This document shows, piece by piece, positions 11,575 through 23,149 of a stretch of 64,000 bases of DNA (its first letter is position 1; every line of letters begins with the position of its first letter). This DNA is from Lama glama (Eukaryota), in the NCBI GenBank assembly GCA_028534125.1, contig CM052816.1:19718001-19782000 (forward strand), in the 5' to 3' direction. The position numbers were made by a program, and so were the translations under genes. The notes beneath the pieces were generated by a model. The model did not search any database. It was not told the DNA's origin and saw only the letters and a program-made list of their open reading frames with translations.

Positions 11575-14500
11575 ACAAACTCTAATGTTCGTCATTCTTG
11601 TTGGGCAAATGTTTCATTGTAATGTGTCTTACCTAGTTAGTATGCTCTGAAATTTGGCCTATTTCACATTATACATATGAGGGGGTTGCTGGGAAAGGAG
11701 ATTGCTTCAGAATATTAGAATAATGTTTAAGTCCCAAGAGGCTTTGCATTTACCAGGAGACAAGTTATGTTTGGTTATACCTTATACCACATTAATCTCT
11801 GAATCATACGTATTTTTATCAGTAATACTACCATTACCAGTGCTGATGGGGTCTATGTCCTGGTCCCTGTCAGATCGGCCTTCTGAGGAAAAGCACGCCT
11901 TCTGGTACAACACAGGGTTCATTTTTGGTTTGATAGGCCCATTCCAGTTGTCTGGTTCTGAAGTGCTCCAGTCTTATTGGCGCCTAGTTTGGTAATCTGT
12001 GCCTCTTCCCCAGGAGTAGTGACAGGCACCAGTCCCCCACAGATAGAGGTACTCCCCAGTCTCTTCATACTTAATGGTACTCACCAGGGCAAGCGACAGG
12101 TGGGATCTTGTGCGCAGTTTCATCACAGAGGCCTGCATCTGAGGAAAAAGAAAGGCTGTTCTTCTTCAGTTGTCACTGAGATATGTGGGGATTTTGCTCC
12201 TATCCCATGGCCCTTTTGCATTCTTTACCATATTTGATTTCTTGGTGGGAAGAAAATGAATTCATGTATTTTTCTTTTTTTCTCAGTTACTCTCAACTAG
12301 CTCTTACTTTATAGCACAGACGCTTTTGTTTTTGGATATAATGCTTACCATGTGATAGTGTCTACAAGCCTCACTGACAGACTTTCTAATAAGATTTTAG
12401 TTAGCTTTTTAAAGCATTTTAATTTCCTAAGAAAATTGGGTTCTTTTTTCCCCTGAGATTTCCATAATTAGATGAAAAACAAGTGCCAAATATTTATTTT
12501 TATAGACTCTCAAGTTTAAGATTCCTCCCTTGGTTATAAACCAAGATTTTATAGTATTTAACTAATTCCATTGAGAATAAATTGCTCTAATTCCATCAAA
12601 AATAATTTTAATATCAAAATTAGTGTTTTCTCTAGCGGTTGCCCAAATCAGACAGTCCTTTCTGTCATCAGTAATATAACATGAGGCAAATAAGGATTGA
12701 GGGATGTACCTGGAAGGAATTACCAGTTAGCTAAATCAACAAGGTTTTTTCACCGTAACATTTGGTTTTAGGAATGTAGCTATTCTGTTCCACTTTCAGC
12801 TTCCTTCTAAATGAAAATAAAGAAGCCTCCTCCCTGCCTAGAACATCAGTAGCACTATGGGTAAAGTAGGAAATGACATTTCAGCCTCTTGTTCTATTCT
12901 GCCAGGTATGTTTAAAGTACTCACTTTAATGTCCTGACTGAACAGAATGAAGCCTTATTAAAAGTAACTGCCTCTCGTTGATAGTATCTGTTCTCAGTAT
13001 TTACATGGACATGCCTTTCTTCAAGTATTTCCTAGTATCTATTGTGATACTTGAGAAGTTAATTGTGTTATAAATCGGTGTACAGGAAAAGCTTTCTGGT
13101 TTCTCTAGAGGGGATTTGCTTTCTGGTACGAAATGTCTTGCTCCAGAATGCTCACTCTAGGTCTGTCACTGGGATCAAAGAAACAAAAGTCACTTTCTGG
13201 ACCACAGTTAAACTGTGGATATTTTCCCAGTCGTGTGAGAGTCTTAGGGCCTGAACCTCTGGAAATAAAGCTGCACGTAGCAGCAGCGAGCTTTCCGCCA
13301 GCTCCCGGGAAATGGGACTGACAGTCCCCCATCCAGCTCTGAGAGCGCCTCAAGCATATACCAGGATCCCTGGTTCTTTCAGGAAAGCAAGTTAAGAGAA
13401 GGGCAAGAAGCAGTAGAAGCACATATTCTCTCTACGTGCCTGTGCAGGTGTGTGCATTTGTGGAGTATTTTTCAGGTAAATGCTAGTCTGGGGGACATGG
13501 GTTAATTTTGTACCTCCCACTGCAAATGGTGAACATGTAATTAACACTATTGTTACAAGACTGGAGTTCATATAAAGCAGGAAGTGTTCAAAATATATTT
13601 TAGAATCTTAAGTCCAAAACTCTAAAAATATTAGACCTCAGCTGGCTTTTCTATTTTTAAAGAGACTCTTAACCCCACATCTGTTTCAGTGACTGCTGGT
13701 ATACTTTTGAGTAACTGGTTACATGGATGGATTCCAGTTTATCTCGGTGAATTTTTAGAATTGGGATTATAGCATTTTAAAATTGTGGCACAGACATTTC
13801 CTAAAGCAGAGGGAAAAAATATTCTTCACCATTGGCTTAGTTGACCCAGCATCTTTGAGTGCCAAAGAAGTATGAATTTAGATGTTGCCTGCATAGATCT
13901 AAATTTTAGTTTTGTGTGCCTGTGTATGCATACAAATATACTGTGGTTTACAACTGATACACAGAACATTGTTTCTTTTCCTTCATTTTCACCTGGCTCA
14001 CACTTCTCTACAGTGCTCATAAACTACTTGTAAATCATTAAAATAGGGTAATAGCTGTGATAATAGTGTTTCTTGCCTTCTGCAAAATGATTTGATTAAC
14101 CACATTCAATTCCAGCATTTTGGAAAGTTCCATCATTAAAAATAGTATACTTCTACTTGACATGATTTAAGAGTTTCAGGAGACAGGTTTACATTTTCTG
14201 AAACTGTATTTGGTATGTGACTCAATGTGGAATTTCAGTCTTGTTAGTTAACATGACTGAAGTTTGCAAGGATTTATTGCCAAATAAATTTTGACCAGAA
14301 TATAATGAAAGTAGCTAACATAAAGGGAAGTCATTCAGATTAGCTCATGTTGATTTTATTTAGAATATATTGTTTGGATCATTTTAAACATATGTAAAAC
14401 ATTCAAAAAATCTCCAAGAAAGCATTAAAAAATAGAGATTAGCAAATATAAACTTATTGATGAAAAATTAATAGGGAATTAAAGGTTTTTTTCTATAAAC

Positions 14501-14661
14501 CTTTAATTTTTTTTTAATATTTTTTTTTTTTTGCTATAAATTGAAGAGTGCAGAAAACTGTATCTTCAATTAAGAACTAAATTCTCAAAGCTATATATTG
14601 ATGCTTCTGGTCACTTTAGTCACTGTGCTTCTTTTGAAATGCACATTAGTGCTTTATAACC

Positions 14662-14685
14662 AAAAAAAAAAAAAAAGAAAGAGAA

Positions 14686-14731
<46 letters not shown>
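14662..14731 (+). repeat. Poly-A running into an (AG)n microsatellite
   Basis: An A run followed by about 20 AG units. Confidence 0.95.
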
Positions 14732-14734
<3 letters not shown>

Positions 14735-15773
14735 CAAACTCTTGAAATATGGAACTGTGCTGCTGTATAAAGTGGGATTTTGTTAAAAAACTTGTTTCCA
14801 CTCCTGAACCCTGCAGCTGTCCCCATCACAAAGCCCCAGCCTGCTCCTGGATAAAAGATCCTGATTTAAAGGGAACCTGAGTCTACTGAAGATGCAGTTC
14901 TGAGTCAACTAATTTTTGTCCTCATAATTTAGAACATAAGTAGCTAATATATTTAATGCCACTGACTGATTGTTCTAGGCTTTGCCCACACTTTTAAACA
15001 GAATCCAAAGTAATCACAGTAAAGGAAGCAAATTTATCGAAGGAAAACTTTGTTTCAGGAGTGCCCCATCCCAACTAGATTTGGGGGCAGAAATGAGAAA
15101 GGCTTTTGAGTGATTTCACACAGAATTATTATCTTTGGAAAAGCTGCACTGGAGTGGATAAATTCTTCTCGGTGTGCATTTTAAATGAGGAGGCGATTAG
15201 ATTTAATTTTAGTTTTAAATATTTGGAGGTAAAGGAAGGTGATAATTCTACAGGTTTTGACATACAAATTATCCTTGAAATTGTTTTCACTGTCAAGTGT
15301 GAAGATTCACAGCAGAATGGCCAACTTCACGTGGGTTTCTGGATTCCCTGGTGCTGCTCCTCACCTGAACTCGTGATCAGTTTCCATCCTGAGGCAGGAG
15401 CACGCAGGGTGCATGTAGTCAAGTTAATTTAAAAGTGATCAAAGTGTTTTCTGTGGCGAGGCCTTCCTTCAGTATTTGGCTGAATGCAGAGTATGTTGAA
15501 GTGGTAAGTTGGTGATAAGTTTTTCATCACTAACCTTGTTTGCACTTTTGTACACCACTGCTTGCACTAGCATCTTAGTGTGAATTTTAACAATTGTTTT
15601 ACAGTGTATACAGATGGTTAAGCATTAATTTATATGAAGATATTTCTGTTTACCTTTATGTATTTTACAGCTACAATAGATGGTAAAATGTTCTTGAATT
15701 GTGTTTGTATGTTATTTTGATTATGTTCTATTATCTTTTCATCCCCTATGAATTTGAGTGTCAGGAATAGAAA

Positions 15774-15779
15774 AATAAA
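15774..15779 (+). terminator. Distal poly(A) signal of SAR1B
   Basis: AATAAA with upstream U-rich/TGTA elements and downstream ctctggtgtc...tttttgtc. Confidence 0.6.
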
Positions 15780-17200
15780 ATGCTTACTTGGTCTTTGAAA
15801 CACTCTGGTGTCAAGTTCCATTTTTGTCATCCAATTGTAATTTTCATTGTGCTCATCAGAAATTTCTTGGACTTTGAAATTACTAAGATAATCAACTTGC
15901 CCTTTGTGCAAGGATTCCAAGGAAACTTTGCTTAGGTACCGAGGTCTAATTTGCCTCGTAAGACTGAAAACAACTTATGGGCAAACTGCAGTAGGACTGA
16001 CTTACACAATGCCAACTCAGTGGGAATGTGAAGCAAGTCAGCTGGTTGCTTTTGTCTACGTGAAGGGTCTCTAGCTTTAGTGTGCATCAGAAGCTCTGAG
16101 GTGGGGTGAGGGTGGGTGGGGTGGAGGGGCTTTTAAAAAAAAAACAAGGCAGAAAGTAAAATCTCACCAAAGATTGTGATTTGGTAAATCTGGGGTGGCG
16201 GGAATCCAAATCTTCAACAAGCTTCTCGGGTGTTTCTGATGCCAGAGTGTGTAGATTTTCATTTAGGAGAAAGTAATATAACAAAACTGGTAACACTAAA
16301 TGATCATTGGCCAATCAGTGAAGAAAAAAATTAGTCATTTTGATAAGGATTATCAAGCCCCTTTTGAAACATAAATCCAAATATAAAACCCGTTTAAAGC
16401 CATCCCTTTAACCTTCCCACTAACCAGATGCAGGATGACAACAAGCTTTGTGCTGGCTCTTTTAACACAACCAGTCACGATTTGATTACAGTTGGGTCCA
16501 TCAAGTAGAGATTTAGTATTGGCTGAAGTTATTTGTTGAAGCTAACAAGTAGATAGAAACAGTAAATGCACTGAAGGGACAAATGCTAAGAAAATAAAGT
16601 CCAGTTCATTTAACTCATCTTCTTAAATTGAGCTACATAATCTTCCACTAAACTCTGATATTTGCACTAAAGGTACAAGTAATACAATGTCACAACCCCA
16701 GCAGAGTGTGAAAGGCCCCTTGTTGGGAACAGAGAAGCTAGGAAACTAAATAAAGTCCTTTGGGTGGTGGCCACCATCCTCCTAACCTGATGTTTAAAAA
16801 CAAAAGTCCTGAAACAAAACAAAGGTCCTAAAACAGGCCCGGTTTCTGCTGCATCCCTTTTACAGGGTTCAGCTGGGGATTCCAGTTAATTGACCTATAT
16901 GTTACAAAACCTCAACTCGGTTTATTTAAAATCAGACACCAAGGCCCAATAATTTTCTGGCTATTATTTAGTGAGGAAAGGAAGCCTTGCGCATTGCTTT
17001 GGAATGTGGATTTTAAGATTTGGTGTATTATGGTGAAAAATTTAACATGTTTATCAAAGTCACTATGACTTCAGTGATGGCATTGTGCCACTACAAACTA
17101 GCTGATAGTGTTGCAAAAAGAAACTGAAGTGCTTTCTTACTTGATCCTGTTGAAAGGGCGTGGGTTAATGGGTAACATTCCACAGTCAAAATCTTCACGG

Positions 17201-17427
17201 AGGAGTGGGAAGGGACAGACTGGGATTTCAAAATGTAGAACAGATAAACAAGATTGTAGTGTGTAGCACAGGGAGATATATACAGGATCTTGTGGTGGCT
17301 CACAGCGAAAGAGAATGTGACAATGAATGTATGTATGTTCATGTATAACTGAAAAATTGTACTCTACACTGGAATTTGACACAACATTGTAAAATGACTA
17401 TAACTCAATAAAAAAATTGTTTTAAAA
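17201..17427 (+). mobile_element. Young 5'-truncated L1 3' end with perfect 13-bp TSD
   Basis: aaaatcttcacgg at 17188-17200 and 17428-17440. The body is an L1 3' UTR (…gacacaacattgtaaaatgactataactcaataaaaaaa) with an A tail. Confidence 0.9.
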
Positions 17428-18000
17428 AAAATCTTCACGGGTGCCATGTTTCGTGGCTGTTAAAAGTACAAAAGGGGAAGAAATCATTGGTGGTGAGGTA
17501 CAGGTGACCAGAGAGAAACTAGATGTCAAAATAGAGGTTTTTGTTCACTGCTTTCTTGAGCTAAAAAGAACTGACTGTGAAAATCAACAGTGGGATTGTA
17601 GTCCCATTTCATCCAGGATTAGCAGAATCTCAGAAACTAGAGAGACTGCAAACACTGCCAAGTCACAGCAACATTTTTAGTGTTTACTCCTGGCCCTTTG
17701 GGTTTGGGTTGGCATCTCTAGACCCACGTCTTGGTTGAGAAGCCACTCAGATTAACTGCAGTCTGGAGAAAAGCAAGTTGACTTTCCTCCATTCTAGGAA
17801 CTTCACTTTTGACACCTGAATGGCAAAGAACCCCTATTTGGGGGGAAAGGGCAGAACATGAGAGTTCCAGCCCTGTTCTAGGCCCCAAAGAGGAAAAACA
17901 GTGCGACCTTGTTTGCATCAAGGGGCCCCACTGCACGGGGACACAGCTCTGACAGCTCTTGAAGGAAACCATACAAAGGTTTCCTCCCTTTCTTCCCTGT

Positions 18001-18019
18001 CTGGCAGCAGATGGCAGGG
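18001..18019 (+). promoter_or_regulatory. CTCF motif candidate
   Basis: ctggCAGCAGATGGCAGgg fits core CCASYAGRKGGCRS except at the first C. Confidence 0.5.
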
Positions 18020-18409
18020 GCACAAAGCTATTTAGAGAACAGTCAGTTTTTTTCCACCTCAGCTTCTATTTGGGGCTGGGCTCAGAGTCATCAGTCCTCC
18101 AGGAGTCAGGTGGCAGGAGGACCCCTCTTGGATTCTCTGGGGCCTCAATCTGCCATCCTGGAAAATCAATGCCTGGCCCTTCTGACGACCAGATGAGTGG
18201 GTGGCCTTTGCCCACCACTCTATGTGCCAGTGCTGGGCTGGGCGAATAGGGGGCAGGGTCCCTACTCACCAGGTTCTCTCTCTTTTTCTCTCTCACACAC
18301 AAAGCCTTATGAGTGAAAAGCTACTAGGCATCACCAGGCATTTTCCAAGTATTGTGCTGGTGCTGGATTCGGGTTCAGGCGCTTGGCCTTCCTTTCTATC
18401 TACCTTTCC

Positions 18410-18790
18410 TCCCATCACTCAGCAGGCATTTCCTCAACACCTGCCTGCTGAGGGCTGACATCAGATGACAAAAAATGGGCAGAGGTCTGCCCAAGGCATC
18501 ATGGAATGCAAAAGGGAAGGGCCCTCAAACACTGTCTTGGTTTCTAGAAAGGGGACACTGGAGCTGAATCTTGAAGGAGTACAAACTAGCTAGAGGAGAA
18601 GGGGTGAGAGAGATGAGAGGACAGCCCAGGCAGGCAGAAGAGCAAAGGCGAAGGCAGGGCAGAAAAGGGCGCACTGTGACTGGGGCTGGTGGAGCTCAGT
18701 GTCTGAAGAGGTACTGTTGGGGGAGTATCAGCAGGAGGCCGGGATGGAAGGGAAGATGAGAGGATGAGGCCTGACCAGAGGAGGAGGCGG
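18410..18790 (-). mobile_element. L2 relic
   Basis: Purine-rich L2-like motifs such as ggggacactggagctgaatcttgaagga and ccaggcaggcagaagagcaaaggcgaaggc. Confidence 0.5.
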
Positions 18791-21717
18791 GAGAGCAGGG
18801 CCACTCCTTCCCATCTTTCAACCTGTTCCTCACCTGTCATGAAAAGCAGGCTATTTCTAACACCAATACCATTTTATGACATTTTATGACACATGACCAT
18901 GTTTTCCAGCCCAAGGTAGCAGCCAGTGACCTGCCAGGAGAGCCTGCTCGTGGGGCCAGCAGCTCAGAATCAGGACATGCTATTTGAAGTTGGGACCACC
19001 TGGATAGAGATGTGTCCTTCTCAAAATGCCACACTGACCATAGAGCTGTGCACCAGAACGTGTGGCACTGACCACGGGGAAGACGCTGGTTTGAGGTCAA
19101 ACTAAAACACAAGCTGAAGCTGTTGACACAGCAGCTATCGCCAACCTACAAAACATCAGCTGAGGGGGTGGAAGGTGGGGCTCACTGAGGGTACCACTGG
19201 GAGAGAGGAGCAGAGACCGCATCTGTCCCCTCTCTGACCCTCCTCCACAAACCTCTTACCTGGGACTGGCTTCGCCTGCACAGTGTGTGGACGTGGTGGT
19301 TCCATCCATCAAGCAGTCAGACGTGTGATGGAAGCAGAGGAGGGGGTACCTTGCCTTCTGGTCCCCTAGGAAAGCCCTGAACTTGAAAAGGCAGGTGGGC
19401 AGGGTATCCTAACTCATCAAATCACCCAAGGGCTGCCCAGTGAACACCAGATTGGTCCTCATCTCTGTGGCTCCAGGGCTCAGGACAACCTGTGAATAGA
19501 AAGATCATTTCAAGGCAACAATTACAGCTAAATTTAAGGAAGATGATTTTAATTTAACACAGATGGCTTAGCAGTGGGTTGCTTGTAAACTGACAGACCC
19601 TCTGTCACTAGAATTCAGAGGCTGTCCTAGAGAAGGTGGGAGGCAAGATGAGCTTTCATGCCCCCTCCCCAGTCCACAGACCCTGAGGTCCTTATCACCT
19701 CGGAAGAGGGCTGAGCAGGAACCAGGATTGATGGAGCAGGTTGGTGCTGGTCCCACACCCCTTCTTGACCAGAAAAAGTGCTCCTGGACAGTAGAGGGGT
19801 CCCTAAGATTTGAGAATACCGTCTGGTTCCCGATGTCCCTAAGCGCACACTGCTCCCTATGACACGAGCCCACCTGGGAGTCTTAACACTGGACGAGGCA
19901 GTTATCAGGCCCCCGCACCGCACCTCTTTCCCAAGCCTCCTAGGCTTCCTTCCTGAAGCTGGTGAGCATGAACATTACAGCTGGCATGTGAGAAACAAGG
20001 CTTTGTATACCAAACACCTGTCAACAGAACCAGGCAGTCATCCAGAGTCCCAGAATAGCAGTTCAGAATATTCACAGGTGAAGATTTATTTTGCTGAGTC
20101 ACTTCTCTCCCTCCACTTCTCCTGCAAGCCCTGGTGCCCTTCTGAGCTTCGTGGTGATCACAACATTCGGTCCCTAGCAATGGAACTCACCTTCTTTGCA
20201 AAAGGGGGTGGGGGTCGGGGAGAGAAGGAATTCAGCTCCCTCTGGGGTCCTAGCTGACAAGGTTTCAGGTGTGCAGGATGGCCACCAAGGAGCACAGAAT
20301 GCTGGGAAGGTGGGTGTTTCTCCGGCCCAGGCATCGCATGAGCTGCTTCCATGATGACCACTGGGTGCTTACTACCAGCTCCATGCACCCCTACCCAGGG
20401 AGCTGCACGCAGCCAGTCCCTGCCCTGACCCCAGACCACAGTTGTCCTGGTTGGGCCCGGGGAGGTCCATGACAGCTTGTAAACAGTGGTGCTCAGATTC
20501 CAGGAAGAGGGAGCTAGTAAACAAATCCCTCGGCCTTGTGGCCCCTGGTCAGTGTGCCAGAGTCAGAGCGCCCTGTGCCTAAACCTACGTCCTCCCTCTG
20601 ACCCCTTCAGTGTTTCCTCATTCTGCTTGCCTCATATCCCTGCCTATTTTGTGACTTGCAGCCACCCTATATGAGAACTCTCATCCACATGTAACAACTG
20701 AGGAAACTGAGGCCCAGAAAGGGCCAAAATACAGGTCTCTGATTCTCCCCCTTATCTACCACCTTAAGGCCCAGAAGACTCCATTTCTAGTCGCTTTCTG
20801 CTTCACAGTGTGGTCATGCACAAATTCTCTGGACCTGAACCGTCACATGAAACCAGTGTTCACTGAGGATGGAGGGAGAATAAGGAGCATCACCAACTGA
20901 ACCCCTAGATCTGGGCAAGCCCAGCCTAGAATTGCTATCGCCCAAACCGTAGAGTCCCCCACCCTGCCTGCAAGGCCTCTGCCCCCTTCCAAGCCCGGAG
21001 GACGGATGCCTCATTTTCCTTCCAGTACTTCACCCTGTCACCATCCCAGCCAGACCTCGTGTCCCAGCAGGTGATCACGCCCGCGGCCTGTGCTGTGCCC
21101 CTACAGATCCCTCACCTGGTGACAGATGAGGCAGCGGCCACAAAGGCTTTCTGATTGTGTAAAGGCCCCAAGCTTCTTCCAGCTCTTGCTCTGCCCGAGT
21201 CCAGTCTGGAGGCTCAGCTAGTGCCCTGTGTCGGCCAGCCCCACCCCACTCAGCAGGTCCTAAGGCAAAATAAAGGGCCCCAGCAGGCTCTTACTTGCCC
21301 CTCACTGACCACTTCCCCTGACCATGGATATCTCCCCCAGAGCCTGGAGATCTCAGTATTCCCATCCTCTTCTCCCATCTCACAGATGGGAAAACTGTAC
21401 ATCAAGTCAATGGCAGAGAGAAGACTAGCGCCCTGGTCTCCTCATCCTGGCTCAGCCATATTTCCTACAGCAGTGTGCAAAAACCTTGGGGGTGGGGTGG
21501 GGTTAACAATCATAAAAAGATGCCTTGAGTTTGAGTTTGATTGAGGGGGGGAACCCAGGGGCATCATGGGTAGCCCAGGAAGGGCATAGAGGCCCAATAT
21601 GAACTTTTTACTTTTCAGTGTTTCAGAATGACTTATTTTTCCTTATCATCACATTTTTTTGTTGCAACAAAGCAGTTGTGCATTAATAAATGTAGCAGGA
21701 TTTTTTCTCTGTATTCT

Positions 21718-22170
21718 TTTTTTAACTGTGGCAAAAATTACACATAAAATAAAATTTACCTGTCCAACAATTTCCAAGTGTGCAGTATGATACTGTCAAC
21801 TGTATGCAGACTGCTGTGCACCTGAACCCCCATCTTGCCTCTGCACCCCCTGAACAACTCCCACCACCTTCTCTGCCCTAGCCCCTGGCAACGACCACTC
21901 CACTTCCTGTTTGTGAGTTTGACTAATTTAATACCTCGTATCAGTGGAATCATTCAGTATGTGTTTCTCTGTGACTGGTTTATTTCACTTAGTATAATGT
22001 GTTCAAGGTTCATCCATGTTGTAGCATGTATCAGAGTTTCCTTCCTTTTCAAGAATGAATAATATTCCATTGCAGGTTCTACAACATTTTATTTATCCAT
22101 TAATCCATTGATGGACACTTGGGTTGTTTCCACCTCTTGGCTGTAGTGAATAGTGCAGCAACCAATGTGA
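21718..22170 (-). mobile_element. L1MB-type 3' end
   Basis: agcccctggcaacgaccact...gtggaatcattcagtat...tttatttcacttagtataatgtgttcaaggttcatccatgttgtagcatg...gatggacacttgggttgtttccacc. Confidence 0.85.
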
Positions 22171-22513
22171 ACTCTTTACATGCTGCCCTGTGCCAGATAA
22201 TAAATGGGTCATGGGCCTCAACAAGCTTTAGGGAGCAGGGTCCCTTCTAGGACACCTCGGAGTTCTGTTCAACCTTGGGCTGGGATGCAAGCAACAGGGG
22301 CTGTAGCTTGATAAGAAAGGCACAGGCTGGGTTCTGTATGTCCTGGCCAATGGCTGCGGCCCCTTTCCCTTGCTTGCACACTGCAGGGGTGAACATGTTG
22401 GGGCTGTCGGGACAGTGCTGCATCTGCTCCAGTTTATACACAATGGTAAACTGCTCTCTAGCACCAGCTCTTTGCCTGGTACACAGTGTGGTGGGGGACA
22501 CCACGCCTTCCGC

Positions 22514-22638
22514 TAGGACTGCCAGGTAAAATACAAGATGCAATATTTTGAACATACTTGTACTAAGGAAGCACTCATTGTCTGAAACTCTAATTTCACT
22601 GTGTGTCCTGTATTTCTATTTGCTCAGTCTGGAAACCG
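22514..22638. mobile_element. MER53-like palindromic hAT MITE (internally deleted)
   Basis: Ends taggactgccaggtaaaatacaaga and gtcctgtatttctatttgctcagtctggaaacc are imperfect inverted termini resembling MER53. Confidence 0.7.
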
Positions 22639-23149
22639 TTCCTGCTACCCACTGTAGCTACTACCCACTGCTACCCTCACCAGCCAGCACCAGGGCCTCT
22701 GTGTCCCTACCCAGGTCCCCACAACAAGCTGGTGTGGATGCTTCTGAACTCCAGGCTTGGCATGGAGCCCTGGGTGTAGAGCACCAGCCGGCTACAACAA
22801 GCTTGCCACTTTAGTCACCTGCTTGACTAAGCCCCATCCTTTCCTCCCTCCCTTTGACTCTTGGCAGCAAGCCTGCCTGAACCCCAGAAGACTGCCCTAA
22901 AATCTATATTTGATGATCTCCTCTTATCAGGCGACCCCCAGATGGTGCGTCTCTCACCAGGGGAATGAAGAGTGGGGGGCTGGGGCAGGCAGACACACAC
23001 AGGGGCACCCAGGGGCCCTGCACTCCCAGCGGGAAGGCATTGGCCCTTGCAGATGCCCCCAAAAGCCTGGCGAGGTGGGGCTGAAATGTGGGGGGTCTCC
23101 TGTGAAGAGGAGGGCAGCTGTGAGACCACTCTGAGCAACTTGTATTTCC

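Larger units (their letters stand above)
11079..15800 (+). other. SAR1B: SAR1B 3' UTR (short form to ~11595, long form to ~15800)
   Basis: AT-rich, repeat-poor sequence after the stop, with AATAAA at 11569 and 15774, each followed by GU/U-rich sequence. The long-form extent is inferred. Confidence 0.6.

Noticed and set aside
11977..11990. TGGCGCC as a retroviral tRNA-Lys primer-binding site
   Set aside because: The match stops after 7 nt and no LTR is recognisable upstream.
14598..14829. Short ORFs with KKKKRKRERERE or SLSLSL tracts
   Set aside because: They are translations of the poly-A/(AG)n microsatellite.
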